Shown: piece after piece, positions 9,189 to 18,399 of the stretch
Layout: every line of letters begins with the position of its first letter
How positions within the stretch are numbered: position 1 is the stretch's first letter
IMG/VR virus record: IMGVR_UViG_2531839530_000005
Span: 1-40,441 of that record
Direction: 5' to 3' (one strand)
Source of the DNA: a virus
Lineage: Duplodnaviria; Heunggongvirae; Uroviricota; Caudoviricetes
DNA length: 40,441 nt
The notes under the pieces: generated by a model
Told to the model about the DNA's origin: nothing
Database searches by the model: none
What the model saw: the letters and a program-made list of their open reading frames with translations, nothing else
Position numbers and translations under genes: made by a program

Positions 9189-10219
9189 TCTACATCTCCG
9201 ACTTTGTCCAAAGTGCCTTTTGCCAATAGTTCTTTGCCACCTTTAGCCAGGCAAAGCAGGTCCATATACCACGCCTGCCCTCGGGTGTCGCCAGTATAAT
9301 CAATGCTGCCCACAATGTAATCACCGTCAGTATTAATGCTGGCAGACTGTGACATGCCTGGCAGACCGTTAACGTAGAGATTACCGTCGCTTTCAGACTC
9401 ATCCAGTCGTGCTGGCGATTTCGCTACCTGGTCATTACTCAAAGAGACACGGTATACAGATGCCTGATCCAGACGAATAAGCCCACCGAGCTTAATATTT
9501 GGATTAATCAGGCATCTGACATTTACGCCAGCTCCCATCGTCTGTTGTGGCATACCGATAAGCCCGGTGTTAGCATTCAACACCGTAGCAACACCAATAT
9601 ATTTATCTTCAGGAACAATATTTACCAGATTATTTTCATACCACCAGTTAGCCTTACACTGCCCTGCGATATGATTCATCAACCTTGATGTGTTTTGATA
9701 AACAACGCGACCCCGGGGAAATACCGTTTCAGGCATGTCAGGAACTGCGCCGGATTCGATGCCATATGGTTCGAATGATTTCATACCCAGACTGAAAAGA
9801 TCTCTGTACTTCCAGCCAGCTGCCACTGTGGTTTTCACACTTGCGTTCAGGTGGCCTTCCCAGCTGTCAATACACTGCAACATGATCCAACTGTCTGTGG
9901 CATTATCTTTACCAGTGACAGTAAAACGGATATCTCCATTGAATATCATACCAACGTTTTCATCAAGATAATTACCTGCTGCATCCGGTTGCCCCTTGTA
10001 TCCGGCAATAACCTGTATACGCGAAAACTCCTTCTGCATAATCCGGTTCTGAGTGGTAGGAGACAGGTTATAAACCTTAAAATTTCCAACGAATCCATTA
10101 AATATGGTCGCAGGCATTTTCTGAATATTGAAAGTGACTTTAAGCTCAGAAATTTTTATCCCGTCGCCCTTATCATCAACAAGCAATAATTCAAAGTGAC
10201 GCATCCAGTTTTTCGACAT
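9185..10219 (-). CDS. Tail/baseplate hub protein (P2 gpD / Mu gp44-like position)
   Basis: Position between tape measure region and gpV-like gene; start set at Met preceded by GGAG. Confidence 0.45.
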   Translation of the reverse strand: MSKNWMRHFELLLVDDKGDGIKISELKVTFNIQKMPATIFNGFVGNFKVYNLSPTTQNRIMQKEFSRIQVIAGYKGQPDAAGNYLDENVGMIFNGDIRFTVTGKDNATDSWIMLQCIDSWEGHLNASVKTTVAAGWKYRDLFSLGMKSFEPYGIESGAVPDMPETVFPRGRVVYQNTSRLMNHIAGQCKANWWYENNLVNIVPEDKYIGVATVLNANTGLIGMPQQTMGAGVNVRCLINPNIKLGGLIRLDQASVYRVSLSNDQVAKSPARLDESESDGNLYVNGLPGMSQSASINTDGDYIVGSIDYTGDTRGQAWYMDLLCLAKGGKELLAKGTLDKVGDVE

Positions 10220-10523
10220 TGTTACTCCGTAAAACATAGAGGTGTGAGAGCGTTCCAAGATCGAATTGCGTCGGATTCTCCTGCCCTGCCACGTCGCAGA
10301 GCACCACCAGAGAAAAACCCAGATCCATATATCGATACTGTGCCAGCAGGTCAGCCCCAGTAATCATCGGTATACCTGATATAATGGCGGAGCCATTGCT
10401 GTCAGCAAGATCCAGAACCCAGTACTCGCCTCGCCAGATGACAGACAGGTGATAAACCGAACCGTTAATTGTGGTGGCAAAAGTCTGATTGTCAGCAACC
10501 AGTGGGATTTCTACGGCTTGCAT
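10191..10523 (-). CDS. Tail protein (small, post-tape-measure)
   Basis: Position only. Confidence 0.35.
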   Translation of the reverse strand: MQAVEIPLVADNQTFATTINGSVYHLSVIWRGEYWVLDLADSNGSAIISGIPMITGADLLAQYRYMDLGFSLVVLCDVAGQENPTQFDLGTLSHLYVLRSNNVEKLDASL

Positions 10524-10526
10524 GAA

Positions 10527-11177
10527 TCACCTTCCCAGAAATAAATTGCTCAAATACCCATCAACAGTGGAGATACCTTCTTGCGCCATCTGTGGCAGCG
10601 ATTTCAGAATGGAATTATTCGGCAGCACCGTTGTTTTGGTGCCTGTATTCTGCACAGCAGACGTTCCGACTCCCTCGGTCATATTGTTTTTCGGGGCAAC
10701 CCTGACTGACTGCGTGGAGGTAATAATTACTTCCCTGAGGGTAAGTGTCGCCAGAAGCACATTTTCACTACTCTTATCGGTCGTAACCTCCAGCGTTTTT
10801 ATCAACATATTGTTGTAAATACGCTTGCCGGTTGTCACATCGAAAGGAATACGATTCCGCTGCAGGTTAAGCAGTTCCTGATACAGTTCTTTCGGGCTCA
10901 GCCCCAGTAAACTGGTAGCCGTCAGGTTACTGGCAAAATCAAGCAGCGATCCGCCTCCGGAAAAACCGGTTTCCATCACAACCTCAGAAGGGCGCCTGAA
11001 TGCGTGTTCTGATATATAACCAGCGCCCTCACCACTGGCACCAGCATTCGTGGGCTGTTCAACCGGATGTTCCGTAATTTCCAGGGCGTCAGTGTGCTTT
11101 TCGGTAATAACCACATCAGGAATAATGATTCCTATTGAGCGGGTTCGCTGCTGCAGTAAAACAGATAAAAAGTCCAT
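10527..11177 (-). CDS. Tail protein (post-tape-measure)
   Basis: Position; start overlaps tape-measure stop. Confidence 0.35.
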   Translation of the reverse strand: MDFLSVLLQQRTRSIGIIIPDVVITEKHTDALEITEHPVEQPTNAGASGEGAGYISEHAFRRPSEVVMETGFSGGGSLLDFASNLTATSLLGLSPKELYQELLNLQRNRIPFDVTTGKRIYNNMLIKTLEVTTDKSSENVLLATLTLREVIITSTQSVRVAPKNNMTEGVGTSAVQNTGTKTTVLPNNSILKSLPQMAQEGISTVDGYLSNLFLGR

Positions 11178-13204
11178 TACGCAGGTCCTTTTAATTGCTG
11201 TACCGCCCTGGCATTTACAGCCCCCTGCTTGTCAGCGATCAGATTAGCCGCCTCCTGAGGGTTGTTAACTCCATGAACATTTATAACAGTCTGCTGGTTA
11301 AGGCTGCCAGCGGCGGCCTGATACGCCAGCGGGCTGTTCCAGTTTGAATAACCTTCTTTGCGCGCCATCGACTGCATCAATGCTCCCATAGTCTGGGGAT
11401 CTGTAAGATTCAATATTGCATTCGGTGATACTCCCATCCATTTCGCAACATCCTGTGCATACTTTTTCGGATCGTTGTTATCACCTGCCGGGGCCCAGGT
11501 ACTGACAATATCCTGAATAGTCTGTAATGCTCGTCCGGTTGTTTTCCCGGTAAAGTAACGCATGAGCTGGTTTTTCATCGCCTCCCAGCCCTCAAGAGCT
11601 GATTCGAAAAACCGGAACCCTTTACCGCTCACCGGGCGAATGTTCCCGGGGTTATTGTTGCGATCAGCAAGAGTACCGCCGCCGGGGATGTCGGGCTGGA
11701 CGTTGGAGCCATGCACTACACCGTTACTCTGTCCCTGCCGGATAACTTTACCGGGTCCCCCGTGCAACCAGTCCATCCACGCAGGCCATTCACGGACCTC
11801 ACTGACATCCCTGCGTCCGATATCTGTTTTTATACCAATAGCAGCCAGCGTGTCGCCGATAATTCGCTTCGTATACCTCAGTGAAGATTTTGCGCTATCG
11901 GCAATATTTTCTCTGTCACTAACAATATAGCCCGCGTAAAGCGCCCACAATTTAAGCCAGGGTGGGACCGGTAAACCTGATATTTTTCCGAAAGCCCCCA
12001 GAACCCTGGATACCCAGACACCCGCGATGAATGTACCGAGGATTTCCAGTGCATTTTGCCAGCCGCCAACACCATCTTTTAGTTCCAGAAGGTGATCACG
12101 AAGCCAGGTGATCGCATCCTTCGCTTTATCTATTGCCGGTTGCCATTTTTCCCAGTCGATAAGACTGTTACCGCCTTCTTTCCATGTTTTGTAGTCTTCC
12201 CACAAGAGACCGAGAGCCACGATCAGACCGGTAATCAGCCCTATAGGTGACATCCAGAAAGTAGAGTTAAGTATCCGCATGGCGACAACCAGACCGCCGA
12301 TAACCTCTATCAGGGTTTTCGTTTCGGCATCCAGTTTCCCCCACCACTCGATGATATCGCCGACACCATCGACTATCCGAAATGCTACCCGCCCGACTAT
12401 CTCACCCAGCCAGAGGATCCCCTTTATGACCTTTGTGATGGTGACTTCAATTTTGGGAAAATTTTCAATTATCTTTTTGCGCAGGTTATCAATCTGCCCC
12501 GCCAGTCCGTCCGCAAGATTCGATCCGATTTTGTCCCGCGCCATCCCGGCCATTTCACCGAGCGATTTCAGCGAGGTCATAAACCGGTTTGACGATAAGG
12601 CAGCCTGATCGGCATTAAATCCGATCGCTTTCACCATTTCTGAATACTGAGCGCTGAACTGCCCCACACCACGACGCATGGCCATCAGGGTATTTTCGTC
12701 AATGCCCAGCATCTGCGCATACTGGTTAGCCCGGTAATACGGCATACCGCTGAGCTTCTGGCCTACACCTGTAAAAATAGCGGCCATGTCACGCATGTTG
12801 CCGCTGGCATCACGGGTCTGTACGCCCAGGCGATTCAGAAAGCCTTCTGCTCCGGGATTGTTACGAATAAACCGGGAGAGGCTTTCCAGAGAAGATCGCG
12901 CAGCGTCCACACTGCCGCCAACCTGCGAAACCGCATAGCCAATAGACTGAATTCCCTGGACTGTCGCGCCGGTGCGCAGTGACGCCCAGTAAAGATTATC
13001 CAGACCAGAGGCGATCTTAGCCGTGAAAGCCACCACGGACAGCGCAGCTCCTTCGACGGCCAGCCCCATTTTGATGACATTTGCAGTTGTACCGGCGAGG
13101 ACAGAACCGAACTTTTTCGCTCCTGCATCATCCACACTGAAGCCAAGCGAGACGAGGAAATCTTTAATAGTCTCGGCGTTCATTATCCTCTCTCCATTTC
13201 TCAA
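11177..13204 (-). CDS. Tail tape measure protein with C-terminal NNNPGNIRP-containing domain
   Basis: 675-aa protein with hydrophobic central segments, directly downstream of chaperone pair. Confidence 0.7.
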   Translation of the reverse strand: MRNGERIMNAETIKDFLVSLGFSVDDAGAKKFGSVLAGTTANVIKMGLAVEGAALSVVAFTAKIASGLDNLYWASLRTGATVQGIQSIGYAVSQVGGSVDAARSSLESLSRFIRNNPGAEGFLNRLGVQTRDASGNMRDMAAIFTGVGQKLSGMPYYRANQYAQMLGIDENTLMAMRRGVGQFSAQYSEMVKAIGFNADQAALSSNRFMTSLKSLGEMAGMARDKIGSNLADGLAGQIDNLRKKIIENFPKIEVTITKVIKGILWLGEIVGRVAFRIVDGVGDIIEWWGKLDAETKTLIEVIGGLVVAMRILNSTFWMSPIGLITGLIVALGLLWEDYKTWKEGGNSLIDWEKWQPAIDKAKDAITWLRDHLLELKDGVGGWQNALEILGTFIAGVWVSRVLGAFGKISGLPVPPWLKLWALYAGYIVSDRENIADSAKSSLRYTKRIIGDTLAAIGIKTDIGRRDVSEVREWPAWMDWLHGGPGKVIRQGQSNGVVHGSNVQPDIPGGGTLADRNNNPGNIRPVSGKGFRFFESALEGWEAMKNQLMRYFTGKTTGRALQTIQDIVSTWAPAGDNNDPKKYAQDVAKWMGVSPNAILNLTDPQTMGALMQSMARKEGYSNWNSPLAYQAAAGSLNQQTVINVHGVNNPQEAANLIADKQGAVNARAVQQLKGPA

Positions 13205-13361
13205 TGCGCCGCTGGTTATCCGCTTTTACCGCCAGATGGTCATTCAAGAGAGCAATGTCGTACAAATCGACAGAGCCATCTTTAAGTGATGTATAAGGAA
13301 TTAACCCGGCGTCAACCGGATTGAGAAGGTAGGACAGCCCGTCCGGCAGGCTGTTAAACAT
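13164..13361 (-). CDS. Tail assembly chaperone frameshift extension (gpT-like part of G/GT)
   Basis: Reading frame is open upstream through the 3' end of the chaperone gene in the -1 frame; start overlaps chaperone stop (TGATG). Confidence 0.5.
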   Translation of the reverse strand: MFNSLPDGLSYLLNPVDAGLIPYTSLKDGSVDLYDIALLNDHLAVKADNQRRIEKWREDNERRDY

Positions 13362-13813
13362 CAGCCCTGTTGCAGGCTCTGCGTCGTGCTGGTAAGGGGT
13401 GTAGGCAAAAAATTTCCCAGCGAATCGGCGACCACCCGCGCCACCAGCTGCAGCATGACCAGCAAGTCAATATCATCAAACATCAGTTCGCCCTGGGTAA
13501 ATACCGGCACCCATCCATCCATATGACGCCGCGACACCACCGCAAGACAGGGATGAATAATCGCATCGGTGTCATCTTCGGTCAGGGAAGACAGTTCCTC
13601 AGCGATACGCGGGAGCATGGTTTCAAACACCGGTTTTAACTGCTCGAATTTCACGGTGTCGATTTTGCCGTCAGCAGGCAAACGGGAGCGAATGCTCCCG
13701 AAATCTGACATCATTCCCGCCAGTACCGGCAGAAGTTTGCGGGTCACTTTCAGCTGGTCAAAAACGCTGAGTTTTGCCACGCGATATTTCACGCCTTTGA
13801 TTTCGAATTCCAT
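13361..13813 (-). CDS. Tail assembly chaperone (gpG-like)
   Basis: Acidic 150-aa protein immediately upstream of tape measure, with frameshift-compatible downstream ORF. Confidence 0.55.
   Translation of the reverse strand: MEFEIKGVKYRVAKLSVFDQLKVTRKLLPVLAGMMSDFGSIRSRLPADGKIDTVKFEQLKPVFETMLPRIAEELSSLTEDDTDAIIHPCLAVVSRRHMDGWVPVFTQGELMFDDIDLLVMLQLVARVVADSLGNFLPTPLTSTTQSLQQG
13406..13412 (-). other. Candidate -1 ribosomal slippery site (minus strand T_TTT_TTG within GGGAAATTTTTTGCC)
   Basis: Homopolymeric run near 3' end of chaperone; -1 frame from here is stop-free into ORF 13164-13361. Confidence 0.4.
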
Positions 13814-13816
13814 GTA

Positions 13817-14551
13817 TTAAAACTCCCCGAGAACCTGGTCAATCTTGCCGCAGTCAAACACCCACGGCATCGTATTACCGGTTTTAGCGTTGGCGTTACC
13901 CGCAGATGAAACGATGATGCTGGACAACAGAGCAAACTGTTCAGGCGGGATCAGCAAATCACGCGGGACCACAGAGTAACCAGAAGCGGCCCACGCATCA
14001 GACAGCACCTGGTTAATGCTTGCGCGGATTTCGTCCGGTGTTGAGGTTGCCCACGTTTTGGCAGCGTTGTTGACAGGCACGCCGTCCAGGGTAACAAGGC
14101 CTTTCAGGTTTAATGCGGAATCGCCAACATATACCTGTTCATCGTTATCCATCTGCCATTTCAGTTGCATCCCGTCATACTTCTGCGTATCAATCGGGCG
14201 GCCGACCTGCTGAGCAGCCTGCAATTCTATGACCGTCCAGCCAAGTTCCATCCCCCACAGGTTCAGCGGGTTACCGGATTTGCCGGTATCCACGTTCACG
14301 CCAGCAATAGCGGTTGAGTCTTTGCCTACCCAGTTTTTGCCATTCGGATTTGCACCAGTACCCGCAGCGGCGAAGCTGGTATTCGTCCAGCTGGAAATGT
14401 CATCTGCGATAGAGACATCTTCACGCAACTGAATATCGCGGGTCCAGGTGTACCCCACCAGTGGCAGGTTCAGCGTCTGGTCGAGTCGCTCCAGCTCCCC
14501 GATGAGAAAGGCACCAGAGCTGTCAACGGTTGCCTGATCAAAAGTAATCAT
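13817..14551 (-). CDS. Major structural protein: major tail (tube) protein by position, or small HK97/encapsulin-like major capsid protein
   Basis: 244 aa; sits between head genes and G/GT chaperone; identity unresolved. Confidence 0.45.
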   Translation of the reverse strand: MITFDQATVDSSGAFLIGELERLDQTLNLPLVGYTWTRDIQLREDVSIADDISSWTNTSFAAAGTGANPNGKNWVGKDSTAIAGVNVDTGKSGNPLNLWGMELGWTVIELQAAQQVGRPIDTQKYDGMQLKWQMDNDEQVYVGDSALNLKGLVTLDGVPVNNAAKTWATSTPDEIRASINQVLSDAWAASGYSVVPRDLLIPPEQFALLSSIIVSSAGNANAKTGNTMPWVFDCGKIDQVLGEF

Positions 14552-14562
14552 TCGTCTGTTCC

Positions 14563-15069
14563 TTAAATCTTCCAGGAAATTTCTGCATTGCCGTTAGCAT
14601 CACCGGCACCTGTGAATTCAGCGTTGGTCAGCACCACATTTTTGCCACTGACTGACGTGGACATGAATCCACCCAGCGGCACTTTCATGGATTCATCAGT
14701 GGAGACGACAACGTATACCGGGTCGCCTTTTTTGATAGTGCTGGCATCAAAATCAGAACCGAGATTAACGGTCACGTAGCCACGCTTCATGGCGTCGCCC
14801 GGGAAGTTCTTGCCTGTTCCCACCTAGCGAACCATGTCCGGCTGCGACGTGGTCGGATAAGGGCGCACGTAGATCCCCTTCACCTTGTCTGCGGTATCAC
14901 CATCTGCCAGCGGCACGAAAAAACCGTCATCATCGTATTTACCAGCCAGCCCATAGGCAGCGAAGGCGTTATCGGATTTAAGGACCACCGGTTCGACGGT
15001 TAAGTCCTGCGGGCGAGAGACAGCCCCGGCAATACCAACAGGCATCCGGTACAGAAATACATTATTCAT
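14563..15069 (-). pseudogene. Head structural/decoration-like gene interrupted by in-frame TAG (81 aa + amber + 86 aa)
   Basis: TAG at 14824-14826 separates two ORFs in the same frame; no SD before downstream GTG. Confidence 0.4.
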
Positions 15070-15072
15070 TTT

Positions 15073-16293
15073 TTACCCTTTACGGTTTGCCCAGAATTCA
15101 GCGTTTTGTTTGTTCAGGGAAGCGATACTGGTCATGCCCATGTTTAGGCGCTGTGCATCGCCGGTGGTGGCGCGGGTGTTTCGCCCTTTGGCAATCTCAG
15201 ACACGGCATTAAACGCCATGTCGACCGATTGTTTCGGCAATTTGCGGATATCCGCATCACCAACTATCTGGCGAACCAGCGTTTTGTCAGCGGAAGCCAG
15301 AACCTCGCGTTTGAACGCGGTCGGTTTCATCTTACGGCTCAGATCGATACCCGGAACAATAACTTCGGCACGCCAGGCTGAGTCACCAGTAATCGTGGTT
15401 TCCTCTTCATCGTCCTCGCCGTCACCGGTCGGATTATCGTCAGGCTTATTATCGTTATCGCCCGTGGCATTTCCTTCCAGCTTAGCCAGCAGGGCTTTCA
15501 GTAATGTTTTGAGGTCATCATCACTGTCGCCGGTTGGGCCTCCCCCCATCTCTGGTGCTTTGTCCGGTAGTGGTTGCTGCGGGGACAGGTTGATATTGAG
15601 ATTAACGCCCTGCGGCAAATCCCCCTCATCTCCTGTAACCGATGCGGGAGCCGACTCCACCAGTTCGTTCATGGTGTCGGCATCTCCTGTCTTGATGGCC
15701 GCACGCATGCGGTTCCACCAGTTTTTCTTTTGATTTGCCATTGTGTCTCTGTCTCCAATTGCACAACGATTTCCGGCTCTGCCTTTAGGGACAAGAGCCA
15801 CATGGTTTCCGGTAATATCGACCTGCTCAGCTTTACCTGGCTCGGTCTGCTCGTACTCCGCGTCATAGCCGCACGACACTTCGCGCAGGCCATCTTCGAT
15901 AAGCTGAATGGCGTTTTCGTCTTTGACGATAAGGTCAGCCAGCATCAAATCAGACTGCTCACCCATCCCGCGCCGGACATTCTGGAGGTGCCCGACAGCA
16001 AGCTCTTTCCAGTTCTCGGGATTTACCAGCCGCACATTCCCGTTTTCATCTTCAGGATGCAGAATCGTGATGCTCATCCCTTCGAATGAGGCAAGCGTGG
16101 CCGGATGGAATACCTGCTCAGGAGAACGCGTGACGACTATTTCACCGAACTTATCGGGTTTCAGTTTTGGCAGGTCATCAGCACCATAGAGCTGCTTACC
16201 TGTTCGTCCTATCGGCACGTCTCTGCACAGCAACGAGCCGTCAGCCAGCTGATAGCGGGTTTCCCCCAGCCGGGTATTGAAAAAATATTTCAT
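15073..16293 (-). CDS. Putative prohead protease/scaffold protein with acidic low-complexity linker
   Basis: Conserved N-terminal domain, Asp/Glu-rich middle, position after head-morphogenesis gene. Confidence 0.5.
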   Translation of the reverse strand: MKYFFNTRLGETRYQLADGSLLCRDVPIGRTGKQLYGADDLPKLKPDKFGEIVVTRSPEQVFHPATLASFEGMSITILHPEDENGNVRLVNPENWKELAVGHLQNVRRGMGEQSDLMLADLIVKDENAIQLIEDGLREVSCGYDAEYEQTEPGKAEQVDITGNHVALVPKGRAGNRCAIGDRDTMANQKKNWWNRMRAAIKTGDADTMNELVESAPASVTGDEGDLPQGVNLNINLSPQQPLPDKAPEMGGGPTGDSDDDLKTLLKALLAKLEGNATGDNDNKPDDNPTGDGEDDEEETTITGDSAWRAEVIVPGIDLSRKMKPTAFKREVLASADKTLVRQIVGDADIRKLPKQSVDMAFNAVSEIAKGRNTRATTGDAQRLNMGMTSIASLNKQNAEFWANRKG

Positions 16294-16307
16294 GTGTTAC
16301 CTGCGAT

Positions 16308-17042
16308 TCAGGCGGGATAAGATTGGGAGGTGGGAAAAACGATTTCTTTATAACAGCGACAATTCGGGAGCTCGCCAGCGTGACCTGTCATGCCGTCAAG
16401 CGTTGGAGGTTTGCCCCATTCGACAAATTTACCTTCCATTTCCCGATGAGAATGCCTGACGTCACCATCTTCGGCTGTACGCCAGATATAACCATTCGAA
16501 CCAATTGACAGCGCACGCGCCTGATCCAGCGCGCCGGTTGCACGTCCAAGTTCAGTACGGGCAATCAGGTCAGCTCTGGACTTTGCTATATCACCCGATG
16601 CGGCTATTTCTTTAGCAAAATATTCTGCTCTCCCACCGGTCACAACAGCTTCTGTCGCCCGATTCTGGATGTCGTACACCCTGTCAGCCGCCTCGAGGGG
16701 GAGCGATTTGATGTACTTGACCTGTTCGGCGATGATGGATTGCATCACCTGGCCCACAGGAGCGCTTTCCACAAGATTGCGGAGCTCGCGACTGATGTTC
16801 TTGCTGTGTTGCCGCCAAACTTTCTCGTTCTGCCGGGTTAGGTCCGCAGTAAAGTTTTCCGCGACCTTTGTCGCCCAGGGGGGGATGATTTCACTGTAGC
16901 GTTCCAGCGCCTCAATAATTTCCGTGATACTGTCATTTGAACCATCGTAGCGACCATTTACGATGTCTCCGACCGCCCGCGCTATCCTGCGTAGGCTGGT
17001 TCGATAGCGGATTTCCGCCTGACGGTTCCTGCGGTTCGTCAT
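16308..17042 (-). CDS. Head morphogenesis protein (Mu gpF / SPP1 gp7 family)
   Basis: C-terminal HSHREMEGK...CRCYKEIVFP motif characteristic of Mu F-like minor head proteins. Confidence 0.65.
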   Translation of the reverse strand: MTNRRNRQAEIRYRTSLRRIARAVGDIVNGRYDGSNDSITEIIEALERYSEIIPPWATKVAENFTADLTRQNEKVWRQHSKNISRELRNLVESAPVGQVMQSIIAEQVKYIKSLPLEAADRVYDIQNRATEAVVTGGRAEYFAKEIAASGDIAKSRADLIARTELGRATGALDQARALSIGSNGYIWRTAEDGDVRHSHREMEGKFVEWGKPPTLDGMTGHAGELPNCRCYKEIVFPTSQSYPA

Positions 17043-18399
17043 CAGATTCGCCGATGCCGGGCGGCGCTTCATCTTCGGCATTCTCGATGTCCTCGTCGGT
17101 AATGGATGCCCCGATGCCGGTTACGTCAGAATTTTCGCGCAAATCAGTCATAGCGGCTTTCAGTGTCATCAGACCATCACCCAGCGCCGTACTGATTGCG
17201 TTGGTAGTGTTTAACGCCACCGTTGAGCGATCGACATCAGACATTTGCCAGAGCGGGTTAAACTCAAACGTGAAATCATCCGGGAGCGGCTTGCCAAGTT
17301 CCGAACGATGCATGATGTCCAGTATCCGACGCACCGGAAGACGTAAACGCCTCTCCTGCAACGAACTGATGCGGTCGTAATAGTTGGCAAGATCTGCATC
17401 ACCGGTAGAAAATCCTTTCGGGGACTGTCCGAACAACCGCACCAGTGGAATACCAACAGCGCCACTAATCTGTTCTGCAAACTGCGATAGGATGTCATCC
17501 AGACCACTGAAGCTGTACTGATGCGTTTCAAACTTATCCCGCGAGTCCATGAGCGTCATGCCTTCATTGCTCTGGAACTGTCGAATCAGGTCGATATTCT
17601 TCAGCAACGCTTCATACGCAGGACCACCAAGTGCGATAAGCTCGCGTAGCTTCTCCACGCTGTAGGTACGCAAATGCGCCTTGTAGACCAGCTGCGCCGC
17701 GCCGACAGTAGCGCTGTCGAACGCGGTAAGACGATCCCAGATACGCTCTACAACCGACATTCCCCATTCGTTCTCGGTCATCTTCTGCTGAAATGGCAGC
17801 GTGACGCCATCAAAGCGAATCAGGCGACTGTGATGAATGCGCCAGGCAGGAATTCCCGTTGCTGTGGTCACCACATCGTAAAACTCAGGTTTACCCAGGT
17901 CCGGCCCCATATCTTTAATGCGGCGGGTCAGTACCGGGTCGATCATCCAGCGGTCGAGCGGGAGAATCCCCTTAAACTTGCCCTTACAGATGGTTTCGGG
18001 TCGCAGCGGGGTCATTGGTGCCTGCCCCTCAATCATGATGAAACCCACCGCGCCGCCGTAGAGGCGCGACCATTTCAGCACGTCATTCAGCGCATCCCAG
18101 ATTTGCAACTCATCCAGTTGTGATTCGAGAATGCCACGATCTTTTGCATCAATTTCCGAAGTGATGCGAATGCCTTTGCGGGTCATATCATCCGGGATAG
18201 CATCGACTGCTTCACCGATGATCCAGGATGAACGATAGGACCATTCCACCAGCATGCGGTTACGACTGGTGAAATTAGCCCGGTAGGTGGATGCTGAGTG
18301 CTGGTTAGGTGTCTGCATCCCTACGCGGGCAATAAAATTCTCATAACCATCAGCTGTAGCCTGCGCAGTTCGCCGCAGGGCTTGTTTGTTTCGTGCCAT
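16933..18399 (-). CDS. Portal protein
   Basis: 488 aa immediately downstream of large terminase; acidic C-terminus. Confidence 0.65.
   Translation of the reverse strand: MARNKQALRRTAQATADGYENFIARVGMQTPNQHSASTYRANFTSRNRMLVEWSYRSSWIIGEAVDAIPDDMTRKGIRITSEIDAKDRGILESQLDELQIWDALNDVLKWSRLYGGAVGFIMIEGQAPMTPLRPETICKGKFKGILPLDRWMIDPVLTRRIKDMGPDLGKPEFYDVVTTATGIPAWRIHHSRLIRFDGVTLPFQQKMTENEWGMSVVERIWDRLTAFDSATVGAAQLVYKAHLRTYSVEKLRELIALGGPAYEALLKNIDLIRQFQSNEGMTLMDSRDKFETHQYSFSGLDDILSQFAEQISGAVGIPLVRLFGQSPKGFSTGDADLANYYDRISSLQERRLRLPVRRILDIMHRSELGKPLPDDFTFEFNPLWQMSDVDRSTVALNTTNAISTALGDGLMTLKAAMTDLRENSDVTGIGASITDEDIENAEDEAPPGIGESDDEPQEPSGGNPLSNQPTQDSAGGRRHRKWSLRWFK

Noticed and set aside
15110-16189. Long plus-strand ORFs (207, 171 and 93 aa) antisense to head genes
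   Set aside because: Ser/Pro/Ala-rich antisense frames of GC-rich coding sequence with no start context.
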